A stretch of 55,963 nt of DNA, the filler included, from Sphacelaria rigidula (Eukaryota), in the NCBI GenBank assembly GCA_964200075.2. It is 3 parts of 3 records of this genome, joined end to end, with 100 filler letters (N's around TTAATTAATTAA, not from the genome) between each part and the next. Parts side by side here need not be neighbours in the genome. Positions count along the whole stretch, not along the records: positions 1 to 18,590 come from CAXNAA020000829.1; 2 more parts are not named here. One strand, given 5' to 3'. The notes under the pieces were generated by a model. The model saw only the letters and a program-made list of their open reading frames with translations, did no database searches and was not told where the DNA came from. Positions 1 to 11,800 of the stretch are shown here, piece by piece. Both the position numbers and the translations under genes were made by a program. Position 1 is the stretch's first letter; every line of letters starts with the position of its first letter.

Positions 1-59
1 CTGTACATTTGTCTAGGTTTTGGTGGCTTGTTTTACAGCGCCGTTGCCACTCGACGCCA

Positions 60-2385
60 ACCCAAGAGTCTAGAGGTAGGTGGGGGCAGGCGGGGGGGGA
101 GGGAGGGAGGGGGGCGCGTACTCATTCGTTGCTCGTCTTAGTCGTATGACCATTGACCACGCGTCCCTTTCGAGGCGGAGCATCATTCCTACTCCTAATA
201 AGGACACCTCCAACTTTCCGGCGCTGATCACGTTTCTTCCACACACTACACAAAAACCGTTTACATATCTTGTCCTCGTCCTGTTTCGCCGTCTGTGGCC
301 ACCATTTATCTCCTAGTATAGCCATCGTTCTCTTCCTACTGTCTAAATTCAGTTTCGTTTTTTTGGGGTACGTCTATCATGAGACCATGGCTGGACCCCT
401 GGGGGTCAGTTGAAGTGCGACAATCAATCAATCGATCCTTCAATCAAATGAATCAAACGATTTTATGCCACCTTCGTTCACGTCCCGCATCTCCCCCTCT
501 AGCACGTCCCGTTTTCCTTTGTATAGTTCACATTCTGACACTATATGACTTCTGCTCTCTATTGCTTCGCCACAGAGGCAGTTCTGTGCATCGACTTCAT
601 CCTCAACACGACTACTGGTAAATCTCTTTCTTCTTTCCGGCAGGTCCAGGTCCCCCACCCGAAATCGCAGTTACATATTTTTCGCCGCGTTCATTCGGCC
701 ATGCAAATGTGCTTTCATCCCCATCCCCTCTCTCAACCCTCCGTATATCTTCAGCTGTTGTTCCTCGTCTACTTTGCATCTGAGCGCTCCTTTTCTCCTT
801 ATTTTTATCACACCTCTTACTTTTGTCTTGTACCCCGCACCTTCACCTATGGACAGTATTTCGTCTTGGTTTCTTCCTATCTCCTTCCACACTTTCTCGA
901 CTTCTCTATCCCACTTTATTCCGGCCTGCCCTTTCGTACTTTTCTTCCATACAACCCTATCGACTATAGCTGGCAATCTCTTTCTCTCCATGTTCTGTAA
1001 CCTATATTGTCACCTCAATTTCCTCATGTCTCTGTTTGTTTTAAGTGAGTGCATCCCAAACTCTGCTCTCAATCCTGCATTACCCGTCGTCTTTGAGCAT
1101 CCGAGTAATTTCATAGCTGCTGCTATCTGACTGTTCCCAACTTCTCCTCCAACTTCACGTTCTCCTCCCATACTTCTCCTGCATATTCCAGCTTTGATAT
1201 AATCGCGTTCATCAGGATACATCTCTCAATCCTAGTGTCTAGGTGCGAGTCTCTGAGGACCACGTCCATTCTGCCTATCTGTGACTTACCCTTTTCTATT
1301 ACTTTATGTACGTGTGCATCCCAAGGGCATTTTTTTAAATATCTCTACGCCAAGGTATGTATCCTGTTCTGCAATCAGTAATACCTCTTCTCCCCACCTC
1401 CATTTGAACTCTACCGGATGTTTCTTATCCTCGTTACAGACGAGTACCGCGCATTTGTTAGCATTCGCAGTCACTTTCCATTTCCTCGCGTATTCTAGCG
1501 CCTTGTCTATCTGTTTCTGCAATCCTTCCGCTGTTCCTGAAATCCCCACAATATCATCTGCAAACATCAATCCTGATATCACAGCTCCACCCAGCTTGAC
1601 TCCTTGATTTTCTGCTCCTATTGCTATTATCAGATCATCAATAAATACCTTGAACAAAGTGGGCGATGATGTACATCCTTGTGCAACTCCTTGTAAGATA
1701 TTAAAATATTTCGATATTTGAAAGATATCTCCCCGTCTAGCATTATGACACTTTTGGCGCATTCTGTCATCTTACTATTCCGTCTGCCCGTGTTGCCTTT
1801 CTATTCTTGAGTTTAGCTACGCACGTCTTCACTGCATCTCTGGTAAGCTCTCTCTACAATTTTTTCGAGCTATCATCATGCCGTTGTGACGTATTTACAA
1901 TTGGTCTCTGCCCGCTCGGTGCTCTCTTTCTCGAATTCCGTGTCGAACTTCGTGTTAGTTTTTGGTGTTCCTAGTTTACAGTAGTGCCCGACTAGCACCT
2001 TTCTCTTCCCCTTCGAACTGCTGACCATTTTACCCTTCTGTGCCCGGAGTGTAGCTATCCCCTTGCCCATCTGTCCTGCCTGGTTCCCATAATCTCTTGT
2101 ATTCCTACACACATTGGTTTTATCCCGCCATCGAAATCTTCATTTGTTTCAATCACTACACTTCCCATTCTCCCTTCTTTTGCTTCTGTACCATCGTTTT
2201 TACTTCCTTCCGAGCTATTGTATATTCCTCCCATCCTACCGTACGTTTGCTCGACATCCATCTTGCCTTGGCCTCTCTCTCTGTACTCTTAATAGCCTCT
2301 TTTACTTCCTCATCCCACCATTTGACGGCTCTGTTGCATACGATCAGTTTTCTTCCTATGACTTTGCTCGCTGTGTTCTTCGCCC
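60..2385 (-). mobile_element. Degenerate 5'-truncated non-LTR retrotransposon (LINE) ORF2 remnant
   Basis: Broken minus-strand frames give RT motifs QGVAQGCTSSPTLFKVFIDDL, GLMFADDIVG and YLGVEI (1304-1762), an upstream KWWDEEVKEAI linker (about 2300) and a C-terminal CLCGEAIESRSHIVSEC zinc knuckle (about 530-580). Several frameshifts and stops. Confidence 0.9.
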
Positions 2386-2407
2386 CGGCCCGATTTCTTT
2401 CCATTTC

Positions 2408-2857
2408 GTGTTCGAATTTTTTCTCTCGACAGACCCTTACCAAAACTGCTTTTTTGGCCCTTCTTCGTCGTTTTACGCCTGAAAAGAGGGCTAGGCGGAT
2501 GTTGACGCCTCGGAACGACCTGCGCTATGCATTGAGGTCGCTCCAGGGCAACTTTGCATTTCCCCCTGGCCGCACTTTTGTTTTTGGCCAAACACGGATT
2601 TTCAATGAAAAACGGTCAAGCGATCAAAATACTGAGGGCAGTTTTGATCACCTGACCGTTTTTTACTCAAAATCCGTGTTTGGCCTGATCTGGCCGAAAA
2701 CAAAAGCGCGGCCAGGGGGAAATACAAAGTTGCCCTAGAACGGTCTCAACGAGTAGAGTAGGTCGTTTCAAGGCGTCAGCATCTGCCTAGCCCTCTTTTC
2801 AGGCGTAAAATGACGGAGAAGAGCCCAAAAGGCAGTTTTGAACAGAAAAATTGAACA
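2408..2857. repeat. About 450-bp imperfect palindrome (foldback element)
   Basis: caaaactgc...ttttacgcctgaaaagagggctaggcggat (from 2441) pairs with atctgcctagccctcttttcaggcgtaaaa...gcagttttg (to 2840). Pairing continues inward to a small loop near 2630-2640. Confidence 0.9.
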
Positions 2858-2875
2858 GCTCCCATCAGAGTTGGC

Positions 2876-3413
2876 CAAGGTTTAGTTCTGTCAGGTACGG
2901 GTACGTTCTGTAGGGTATGAGCTTCCTTACAGGACTTACAGAACTGTCAGGTTCCGGTTTGAAAGTCTTACAGAAATTGCAGAACTTGTCGGGTGCGGTG
3001 TGGGAGGCTTACAGGAAACCGGTACCGGCAATCTGGTAACTCTTTTACAGAATACCCACCCCTCGGGTTAGGGTCAAGTTTTTGTACAGAACTCACAGAA
3101 CTGTCGGGTAAGGGTACGGGAGGCTTACAGAACTCACAGAAACTGTCGGGTAGGGTATGGAGGTTGCACAGAAAACCGCACCCGCAACCGGGTATCTTAT
3201 CAAGAGCATACCCGTGCCCCCCGGTAACGGTACGGGAGGCCTATAGAACTTACAGAACTATTGGGTACGGGTATGAAGTTCTTACAGAGTCTACAGAACT
3301 GTCGGATACCGGTATGGTAATCTGACAGAGTTTATGGAACTGTTGGGTACGGTAAATACCCGACAAAATACCCCGGGTGAACAGAAAAGCGTACCCGACA
3401 AAACACGACCTTG
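2876..3413. mobile_element. Non-autonomous TIR element built of about 40-bp tandem subrepeats (copy 1)
   Basis: Ends caagg...ccttg with imperfect TIRs. Internal units resemble acagaactcacagaactgtcgggtacgggtatgggaggctt. Homologous to 4022-4910. Confidence 0.7.
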
Positions 3414-4021
3414 GTATGATCATCACCCCTGTCGTGGGTGGGACCTACGTCACTACAACAGTGGCGAAATACAGAAGATGACACTTTAAGAAAACTCTGA
3501 ACGGCTTCACGGGGTTGATAGAGAAAGACTACACGAACAATCGTAGAAGTACATGTGCACCGGATCGTGAACATCTATGGGTCTCACGTACACTCCCAGA
3601 GAGTACATGAAGGAGCATTGACGGCTGCCCGCTCTCTGGAACCCCTTCGGCATGCGACAGAATCACCGACGGCCTTGATGACTTTCGATGGCAGCTCATA
3701 CTCTGTGCTGTACAAGTCAATAACGGGCTGGGGTCTGATGACCACGACACAACCACCATGAACGTCGATGACATGCGTCTTGCTACTTGATCCCCTGGTG
3801 GCGCAGATGAACCTTCCCAGCTCGAGCCACCACTCGAGTCTAGGGGTGATCCATTCTGACGGTCTGCAGTGCTGCTCATGTTTTGTGTTTCCACTCAGCG
3901 GTACCTCGTATGCCGCCAGATCTCAAAGTACAGAACTTTTCAACATTGAAATATGGTTGGTGTGCAGTTTTGAATGAAGGAGTTGGGCGGGTTGATCGAC
4001 GGGAGGTACATGTTCAGGTCA

Positions 4022-4910
4022 TGAGGTTGTGTTTGGATTGAACCTATATCCGTGCCTCCCCAAGATATATACCTGTGCTCATCCCTACAATCGGGTATAT
4101 CTATAACGGTATACCCTAACCCCGGGTAGAGGTATATGGGAGGCTTCCAGAGCTCACAGAACTGTCGGGTACCGGTACAGGATGAAAGTCTGACAGATAT
4201 TACAGAACTTGTCGGGTACGGTATGGGAGGCTTACAGAAAACCGGTACCGGCAATCGGGCATCCTTCAAGAGCATACCCGCACTCCGGGTACGGGCAAAC
4301 GTTCTGTACAGAACTCACAGACCCGTCGGGTAAGGGGCATGGGAGGCTTGCAGAACTCACAGAAATACCTGTCGGGTAGGGTATGGAGGTTGCACAGAAA
4401 ACCGTACCCGCAATCGGGTATCGTTTAAGAGCGTACCCGTGACCCCCGGTAACGGTACGGGAGTCTTACAGAGATTACAGAACTATCGGATACACACGCG
4501 GCCATTTGGCTACCTCCAAACTTCCTCCAGGTGAGTACACTTTTCGAGCCTCCAGAGGAATTAAACGCCTCCGGAGGCTTATTCTTGCCTCCGGAGGGCC
4601 GCGCATACCCCAAAATTCCTCCGGAGGGGTGCGCGACCCTCCGGATAGGTAGAGTTTGGTGTTCTCTAGCGGGATGTAAGGCCTCCGGAGGCTTGTTTTC
4701 CCCCTGGAGGGCCGCGCATCCCTCCGGAGGCATTTTGGGGTGTAACCAAATGGCCGCGTGTGTAAGGCTATGAAAGTCTTACAGAGATTACACAACTGTC
4801 GGGTACCGGTATGAAAGTCTTACAGAAGTCACAGAACTGTCGGGTACGGTAAATACCCAGCAAAAGACCCCGGGTATACAGAAACCCGCACCCTGCAGAA
4901 CACAACTTTG
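4022..4910. mobile_element. Non-autonomous TIR element built of about 40-bp tandem subrepeats (copy 2), carrying a nested MITE
   Basis: Same subrepeat units and same right end (gggtacggtaaatacc...ccccgggt...acagaaa) as 2876-3413. Left boundary approximate. Confidence 0.7.
4493..4762. mobile_element. MITE with TA target-site duplication (Tc1/mariner type)
   Basis: Perfect TIRs cacacgcggccatttgg / ccaaatggccgcgtgtg, flanked by TA at 4491-4492 and 4763-4764. Removing it restores a host subrepeat unit. Several internal cctccggagg palindromes. Confidence 0.9.
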
Positions 4911-5440
4911 GAGTTGACCTTGTCATATGGTTCTTCGATGGGAAAAAAAAGGTGCGGTTCTTTTGATTTGAGCATGTTCGTTGTTTTTTCGCGAGTTGGG
5001 TCCAAGCGAATTCGTAAGCTTTGGATAAAGCAAAACAAAATCGTGAAGCGGTACTGGTTCGCTTGACTACAGAACAGTACTGTACTGTCCGCGCTGTATG
5101 CGTACAGTGTGCCCGAGTGTGTGTGTACGTGTTTCGTACAAAATGATGTGAAAGTGAGGCGGGCGGAGTGCAAGACATACAGCGCCGGACTATCTGTACT
5201 CTCTGCTTACAAATCGACGAGAAAAGGACTTGAACAATGTGCAGCTTTGTACTGACTGCACTGTCCATGAGTGTACGCAAGTCGGTCGTCCACCCCATCA
5301 CGTGGTAGCTGAGAATGGTTTGTGTGAGGTTTGCATTTTACTGTGAACACGCGGTATCTGGCATGGTGGTCGGCAAGATAGAAGTCAAGTTCCCCTTCGT
5401 ACCTTTGCTGTGCATGCTTTCGATCGAAGAGCCCCACGGA

Positions 5441-6689
5441 AGGTCGGGTAGGGTATTTACTCTTAATACTCGGGCAAAATATCCCGGTATTTACTCTACC
5501 CAAGGTTTGGGTAGATTGAGTACGGCCTCAAAAAATATACCCGACTTTTGGATAGATTGGGTACAGCCTCGAATACTCTACCCGACTTTTGGGTAGTATG
5601 GGTATGATCTCAATACTCTACCCAAAAAATTGGGTAAGCACACGCAGCGATACCTGGGTGTATGGAGTATCACTTAGGGATGACCTCAATACTCCAAGCA
5701 CTTTTGAGTAGATTGTAGGTTGGGTGCGATTTTAAATACTCTACTCGAACCGAAAAATTGGGTAAGGATTTCAGCTCATCTACAGGCGATTTTCTCCCGT
5801 GGAAGGATTTTTCGGACCTAAGTCCGTTGGCCAACGTTGTTCGGCTAGCTGCTGTGAGAAAACTGGATCAGTTCTCCGATTCTCTGGGGGTTGACTTTGG
5901 GTGTATCACCTTTCTTTCTGCCCAAATCGGGACACTCCCGCATCTCCTCCGTTTTTTTCCAAAAATCCGGAAGAAATCGGGGGAGATGTGGGAGTATCCC
6001 GATTTGAGCAGAAATGTGGTACTCGTGCATCAAAAGTTAACGTCCACAGAATCGGAGAATTGCTCTGATTTTCTCACAGCTAGCCGAAACACATTGCCCA
6101 ACGGACTGGGGTCCGAAAAATCAATCCACGGGAGCAATGCTACGGTAGGGGTGGACTTTTTCGCGAAATTTTGTCTGGTTCAGGGGCTCTTAACGATTCT
6201 AGACGCACAAGAATATGGGTCAAGGCATGCCCGTTTGCAGATTTATTCGGGATATATCCCCAACAAATTGGAATAGTAATCCTGGCGTACTCTTGCATAT
6301 TTTCATAAGTCGTGTTTTGGATGAGATAAAGGGCTCCTAACAACTCCAACCTCAGAAAATATGTGTGTACCTCTCCCGTAGCATCACTCACGGGAGAAAA
6401 TCGCCTGTAGACAGACTAAAACCCTCATATTCGTACAAATCGAGATGGGTTATCGCCATAAAAGATAGATGGTCTTATTAAGTACGACCTTCAGTACTCT
6501 AGAAAATTTGGGAAAGTACTCTCAACAATAATGCCTGCGGGAATAGAGCAGCATCATCACTCGGGTATGATCTCAATACTCTACCCAAATTTCGGGTAGA
6601 TTGGGTACGATTTCAATACCCTCCTATATGTTTGGGTACTAAGAGTATGACTTCTCAAAATACCGAGTATTGTGGACTCTACCCGACCT
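5441..6689. mobile_element. Non-autonomous TIR element with subterminal repeats
   Basis: TIRs aggtcgggtag / ctacccgacct. Repeated ggtatgatctcaatactctaccc-like units on both sides of the nested foldback at 5765-6425. Confidence 0.6.
5765..6425. mobile_element. Double-hairpin foldback element (outer TIR plus two internal hairpins)
   Basis: Outer TIR core tctacaggcgattttctcccgtg / cacgggagaaaatcgcctgtaga. Hairpin A about 5794-6134. Weaker hairpin B about 6137-6384 (atgctacgg...ccgtagcat). Confidence 0.75.
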
Positions 6690-7669
6690 GCCCTTCCTCG
6701 GAGTATTTGATTATTCCCAGACACAAGGCGCTTGGCGCCATCGCCGCGGGCTACAGTGCTGATTCATGCATGCTCGCAGTGGTGCTTTCTTGATTATACG
6801 TTCAAGGTGTAGAATCGACATTTCAATACCTACCTCTAGCGAATACTCCAGCTGGACGGTGCAGCTCCTTCTCTAGTACCGTACGGTCCTAGCGCTGTTG
6901 TGATACCTTGAAGCAATGCCAACGCGATCTCTACCCATAATACATGTATGTGTAGAGGACTTACTTGCTGAAAATGCTTGCGGACATCGCCACCCCCTTG
7001 TGTATGTCTGACTGTCATATTCTAGTTCCGGGAATGTTCGTTTCGGCACAACAGTTTCGTCGAGCAAATTTTGTGATGTCTTGTTTTGTTACATCTCCTA
7101 CGAAGTGATACGGATCGTACTTCGCTGTACTTTCCCTCGCCCCTTCTCGTCTTCTCTGGTTTGGCTGTTCCTGCGGCTCTTGATGATGTACGCACACCAA
7201 TATTCTGACTTTATCGTTCAGATATTCTGATTTTACAGTTCAAACTGCACTCTTTGAGTTTGAAATGAATCCAGTGTTCCTTTATCCTTGTGTGCTGTAT
7301 GTATGTATATTTCATTTTGATGGTATATTTCCTCATATGTTGGAGAGTGCCATCCACCTGCAGCTTGCCGCTGCACAGACAGTGCACTGATGCACTACTG
7401 ACAAAAAAGCCATGTGTTTTGAGCGTAGATACACGGCGGACAATTTAGTGTTCTCCGTGCGGGTCTGAACAAATGATCTAAAAGGGCGATGAAGAAGATA
7501 CTTTGACGATCCCCTCCATATCCCATGTACCCTCCATCAGATCCGGCCTTCCGCTCCTTTCCCGCCTCGTTTCTGTAGCTAGCCCAACACAGAGAGAAGC
7601 CATACGATCACACTCTTCACCTGTCTTGAAGTTCCATTTTTGTCGAGTGACATGGGGAACAAGCAAGTA

Positions 7670-8525
7670 CAGTCAAAAATAGTGGGAGTTCCACCGTACC
7701 AAATGTACATTTGTTTCGTGTATTTAGCATCTTGTTCGCCTACTTGCTCACAAGTGCTTCTCTATGCTGATTGGCCCACGAATATAGACGAATTCTAAAG
7801 ACCAAACGTTTACGCGTAGCAAGGGTGCTGCTCGCGGCGCAACACCAGCACACACACACAGCCTTTTCTGACCAAGCTCCAACACCGCAACCACCAGAGA
7901 GACATGTGGAAGTTCCTGAGGACAGCGGGGGTGGCCCTCCTGGTCGTGGCCACGCGATCACTGGCAGCGGAAGTGAGACTTATATACGTTTACGATGCTC
8001 TTTCGTGTTCCCTAGTTTTTTGTGTAAGATGTTTGTTCTTGTGACCACCAATCGATCTGAACGGAGGGTAGGTTGCATTTTCTTGGACTGTGTCGGTTGC
8101 TGTTTCCGATCACTGACTCCTCTTCGCGCGCTTGCCTGTGAAACTACTCCTGTCGGCAATGATCCTCGCACATCAGCGAAGATCCTTGTACACGAATCAA
8201 AACCGTACGCCAGTCTGTGACAGTTGCTACAACCTACCCGTTCCTCCTGAATTTGCGGGAAAACTATTGTTGTGTTCTTCCTCGCGAGCGGACGAACGAG
8301 TAATGTACACCACAGGTATTCTTTGATGGTGTCTGTGCTACCAATGTGCCTGGCAAGAAGAATCGCACTTACGCCAAGGCGAAGTAGTCTTTCATCATCA
8401 GCCAGCGTCCTTTTCCATTTCGGCGTTGCTTTCTCTGCAGCAGAGTTCTCGGCAGCAATTTTCCTTGTGTTTCAACAACAGAAAAAACGTTTATCGCACT
8501 TGACGTTCCACCTCATTTTTGACTG
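7670..8525. mobile_element. Possible decayed Tc1/mariner-like element
   Basis: TA-cagtcaaaaatagtggga at the left end and tccacctcatttttgactg at the right form an imperfect TIR. The right TA is missing and there is no clear transposase motif. Confidence 0.35.
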
Positions 8526-8834
8526 CGGTACAGTCAGGAGGAGGAGGAACGCGGCGAGCACGGTTTCCTTCCGGTACATTTGCCCAACCGGAATACGCGT
8601 GCACAAAACCCTTCCCTTTCCTGACCCTCTCCCGTGTTACCCCGTGTTTCCCCCCGCTTATTGGGCGCTAATGACCGAGCACCACATGGGGAACGAAATG
8701 GTATTCTGAATCCAATACTCCGTTGCTGTTGTGGAGTATCGTTGTGAACGTATTTTCGGATGACTGATGGGCAGACGTGAACTCCACTTGTTCCTCTCTT
8801 GTGCATATGCCTATCCTTCTGAAACATTTTACAG

Positions 8835-11800
8835 TTCCCAGAGGAGGACGGTGTCCTTGTGCTCAGCCCGGACAACTTCGCAGCGGCCATCGCACAGGTA
8901 CGAAATACAGTCATGTCGACGGCAGCAAATACATGTGTATCGAGTACCTTCACTCCGAAACTTGAGGCAGCGCCCCAATGATACGAGATCACGACGCGCT
9001 TCCTCGTTTGTGTCGTATCTTCCGCGTGCAAAATTGGAATACGTCGGGTGCCAGAACATTTTCCGCGTATTTTCTCCTGTGTTTCAGTCTTGGGGATCGA
9101 TGGTACAGTACAACAGTCATACATGATCGTCCACACCATCTGATGTGGTCCAAGAAGGACGCGTTCAGGGCATTTGTTGGGGGCACATGCATCCGCCGTC
9201 ATTTTTACTCGGTGGCGTTGAGGGATGGCCTGGTGGAATGTGAGAAAACACTTCTAGATGTTGGCATTCTCCCACTGCACCTCATATCGTCGTGTGTACC
9301 CCTCTACTTTGACTTTCGTGTCTGTAGAACACCGATCTCGATGCCCACCCGCCCTCCTCGCCGCCAGCCGGCAACACCCACATGCTTCAGTGTTTCATTG
9401 CTTCTTGCTTGGTTCGGGCCGCACAACAAGTAACGGAAAGCTACGCCATCCACGGTTGCAGACTGTCGAAGTTTTCCCTGTGTCTGGGTGTCCTGGGGGC
9501 TGTTTTTTTGTGTCAAGCAACGGGGGTATGGATTATTTGGCTATGCTTTGCTGTAGTGGGACTAGCAAAATGAAGGTGGTGGTTTTTTCTGAGCACGAGT
9601 CAGAAATTTTGATGTTCCGGATTACAATGGCAAACCATGCGGCTACCTTTTCCCCCAAAGCCGACCAAAAACCCTCAGGCGCGGGGTGCTGGAATAAGGC
9701 GATATTTCGAGCATTGAATCCTCCATGGTGTCTGTCAGGACTTGAAGGCTGTCCGCAGACGATACTGTACACGGTTTTACGGGTGGTGAGCGCGTTCCAA
9801 GTCCCTTCCCGTCGCAAGCCGTTCGAAATTTCACGGGCCAGTCGATACAAGAACTTATGTAACGGTCGAAAGTCGGTGGAATGCTGACCTTTTGAGCTGG
9901 CGGTTCATCGAGCCTGTCGGGTATCATCGACATGTAACTGTCGGCTGCGGCTGTTGCATGCTGCGCTATCACAACTCTCCCGGAGTCATGCACACCTTTA
10001 ACCAGAGCAAATTGGTATGATTGAAGCATTGGTGATTTCAGACACCCACTATCAAAAACTGTATACCGCCTTGCTCTCCAGACGCCCGGCTGAGCAGGGG
10101 CTACGGTGGCCATTTCGATTGCTGTGGTTGGTTCAAGTGATCACTCCGCACCCCTCGGGCCTCGTTCGCAGCTCCTAATATCCCTGCACTAATTATTCAA
10201 GTTACGAATGTTGATGCAAATGTGAGGTTTATCGTTCCACGCTTATTCTCGCGGCCATCAATCGTTCGTGATTCCTTCACCATATACGAAATCGAAATCT
10301 CAATTTCTTGGTTCCGTTCTACGATCGCAGCACGAACGTACTGGACACTTGTAACGCTCAGGGGCCAGAAATGTTGATACGTCCCTCCTCCCTCCCCTTC
10401 GTTCTCTGCGTGATGTGAACGGCAGCACTCCACCCTTCTGGTGGAGTTCTACGCCCCTTGGTGCGGACACTGTAAGAAACTCGCGCCTGAGTACGCCGCC
10501 GCGGCCACTGAGTTGGCCAAGGAAGATCTCAAGATTGCCAAGGTGAACACATCATTGCTTTTTCGCAAATGATAACTTCATGATTTCTTGACTGATTGTA
10601 CCCCCTGTTGAGACCTTACGGGGCGACGGTGCTGACGAGGGAAAACTCCGCAACGATAAGTAGGCACACTCGAATAGGACATGACCATTCGCCACCGAAG
10701 GGTCATCAACCTAACCGATGATGGCGCTTATTTATATTCGGGAACGGTGCCGATTCAGTAGATCAGTCTTCGCAGCTGCCGCGTACAACATATTTTACCG
10801 CTGTAATGTATGTCGGGAGAGTCGTCCGTCACACCTCTTCTTCGCACTAGATGAAGCTCCTACTGTGCAACCATCCCACACTCCAGGCCGAGTTCGCTGA
10901 CTTTTAGTGCCCCGGGTAAGTCCCACGTTCCCGTCAAGACCGTTAATGCGTGCCCATCGCGAGAGGCGCTTCCATTGTTGCACTTTCGACTTTTGTATGA
11001 CTGCCGGCTTGGGGCCGTCATTAGCGCTCTTCGTTGATGAAGCGTAAGAAAGATGAAGCGCGCAAATAACGCCTCTTTTCAGCTGTGGAGGATGGATTTC
11101 GGAAATACTCCCACAACTATCATGACCATCCCCTCATCACAGGTGGACTGTGATGAACACAAGAGCCTCGCGCAGGAGTACGGCGTCCAGGGTTTCCCCA
11201 CCCTGAAGCTCTTCAAGGAGGGCAAGCCGTCTGACTACCAGGGCGGCCGCACAAAGGACGACATCGTTGCGTACGTCAAAAAGAAGTCCGGGCCGGCGGC
11301 CAAGGTATGATCTCAGCATCTACTTTCAATTTGACGAATTGCCTGCAGCACGGATAATCGAAAAAACTAGAACGGAAACTGTACAAGTCAATTCATGACC
11401 TTCCCTGACAAGTTCGTAGTTAATTCCTGGTTTTGCACAGGGGAGAAGACACCGTCGCCGTTGGTACCTTCAGGCGAGGAAATCCGCGTATAAAATCGCA
11501 TCGCCAGGAGTGACGACGCTGCCCGTCCCGGGGAGGGGATGTCCACTTTCCTTGAAGGAGAACGGCAGCGACTTTCGCTGTTCGCGTACATGCAGGGGTG
11601 GTGGAAACGACGGATGCACCCGTGTTTGGGTCACGTATTTCGCCCGCGTTGATTTTTCATGTAACATTATTTTCCATCTTCCTCAACTGTCTCTTTGATG
11701 TGGTGTTGCGCTCGTTCTTCAGACGCTGGCGACCGCCGAGGAGGCGAAAGCCTTCGAGGAGGAGGGTGAAGCGGTGGTGCTCGGTCTCTTCAGCAAAGCC

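Noticed and set aside
2876..4910. Regularly spaced repeats resembling a CRISPR array
   Set aside because: Units are degenerate and contiguous with no unique spacers, there are no cas genes, and the context is eukaryotic.
8900..10350. Coding-like decayed sequence in a PDI intron (similar stretches at 3430-3900, 6830-7660 and 17600-18270)
   Set aside because: Probably TE relics, but no diagnostic motif could be recognised, so no call was made.
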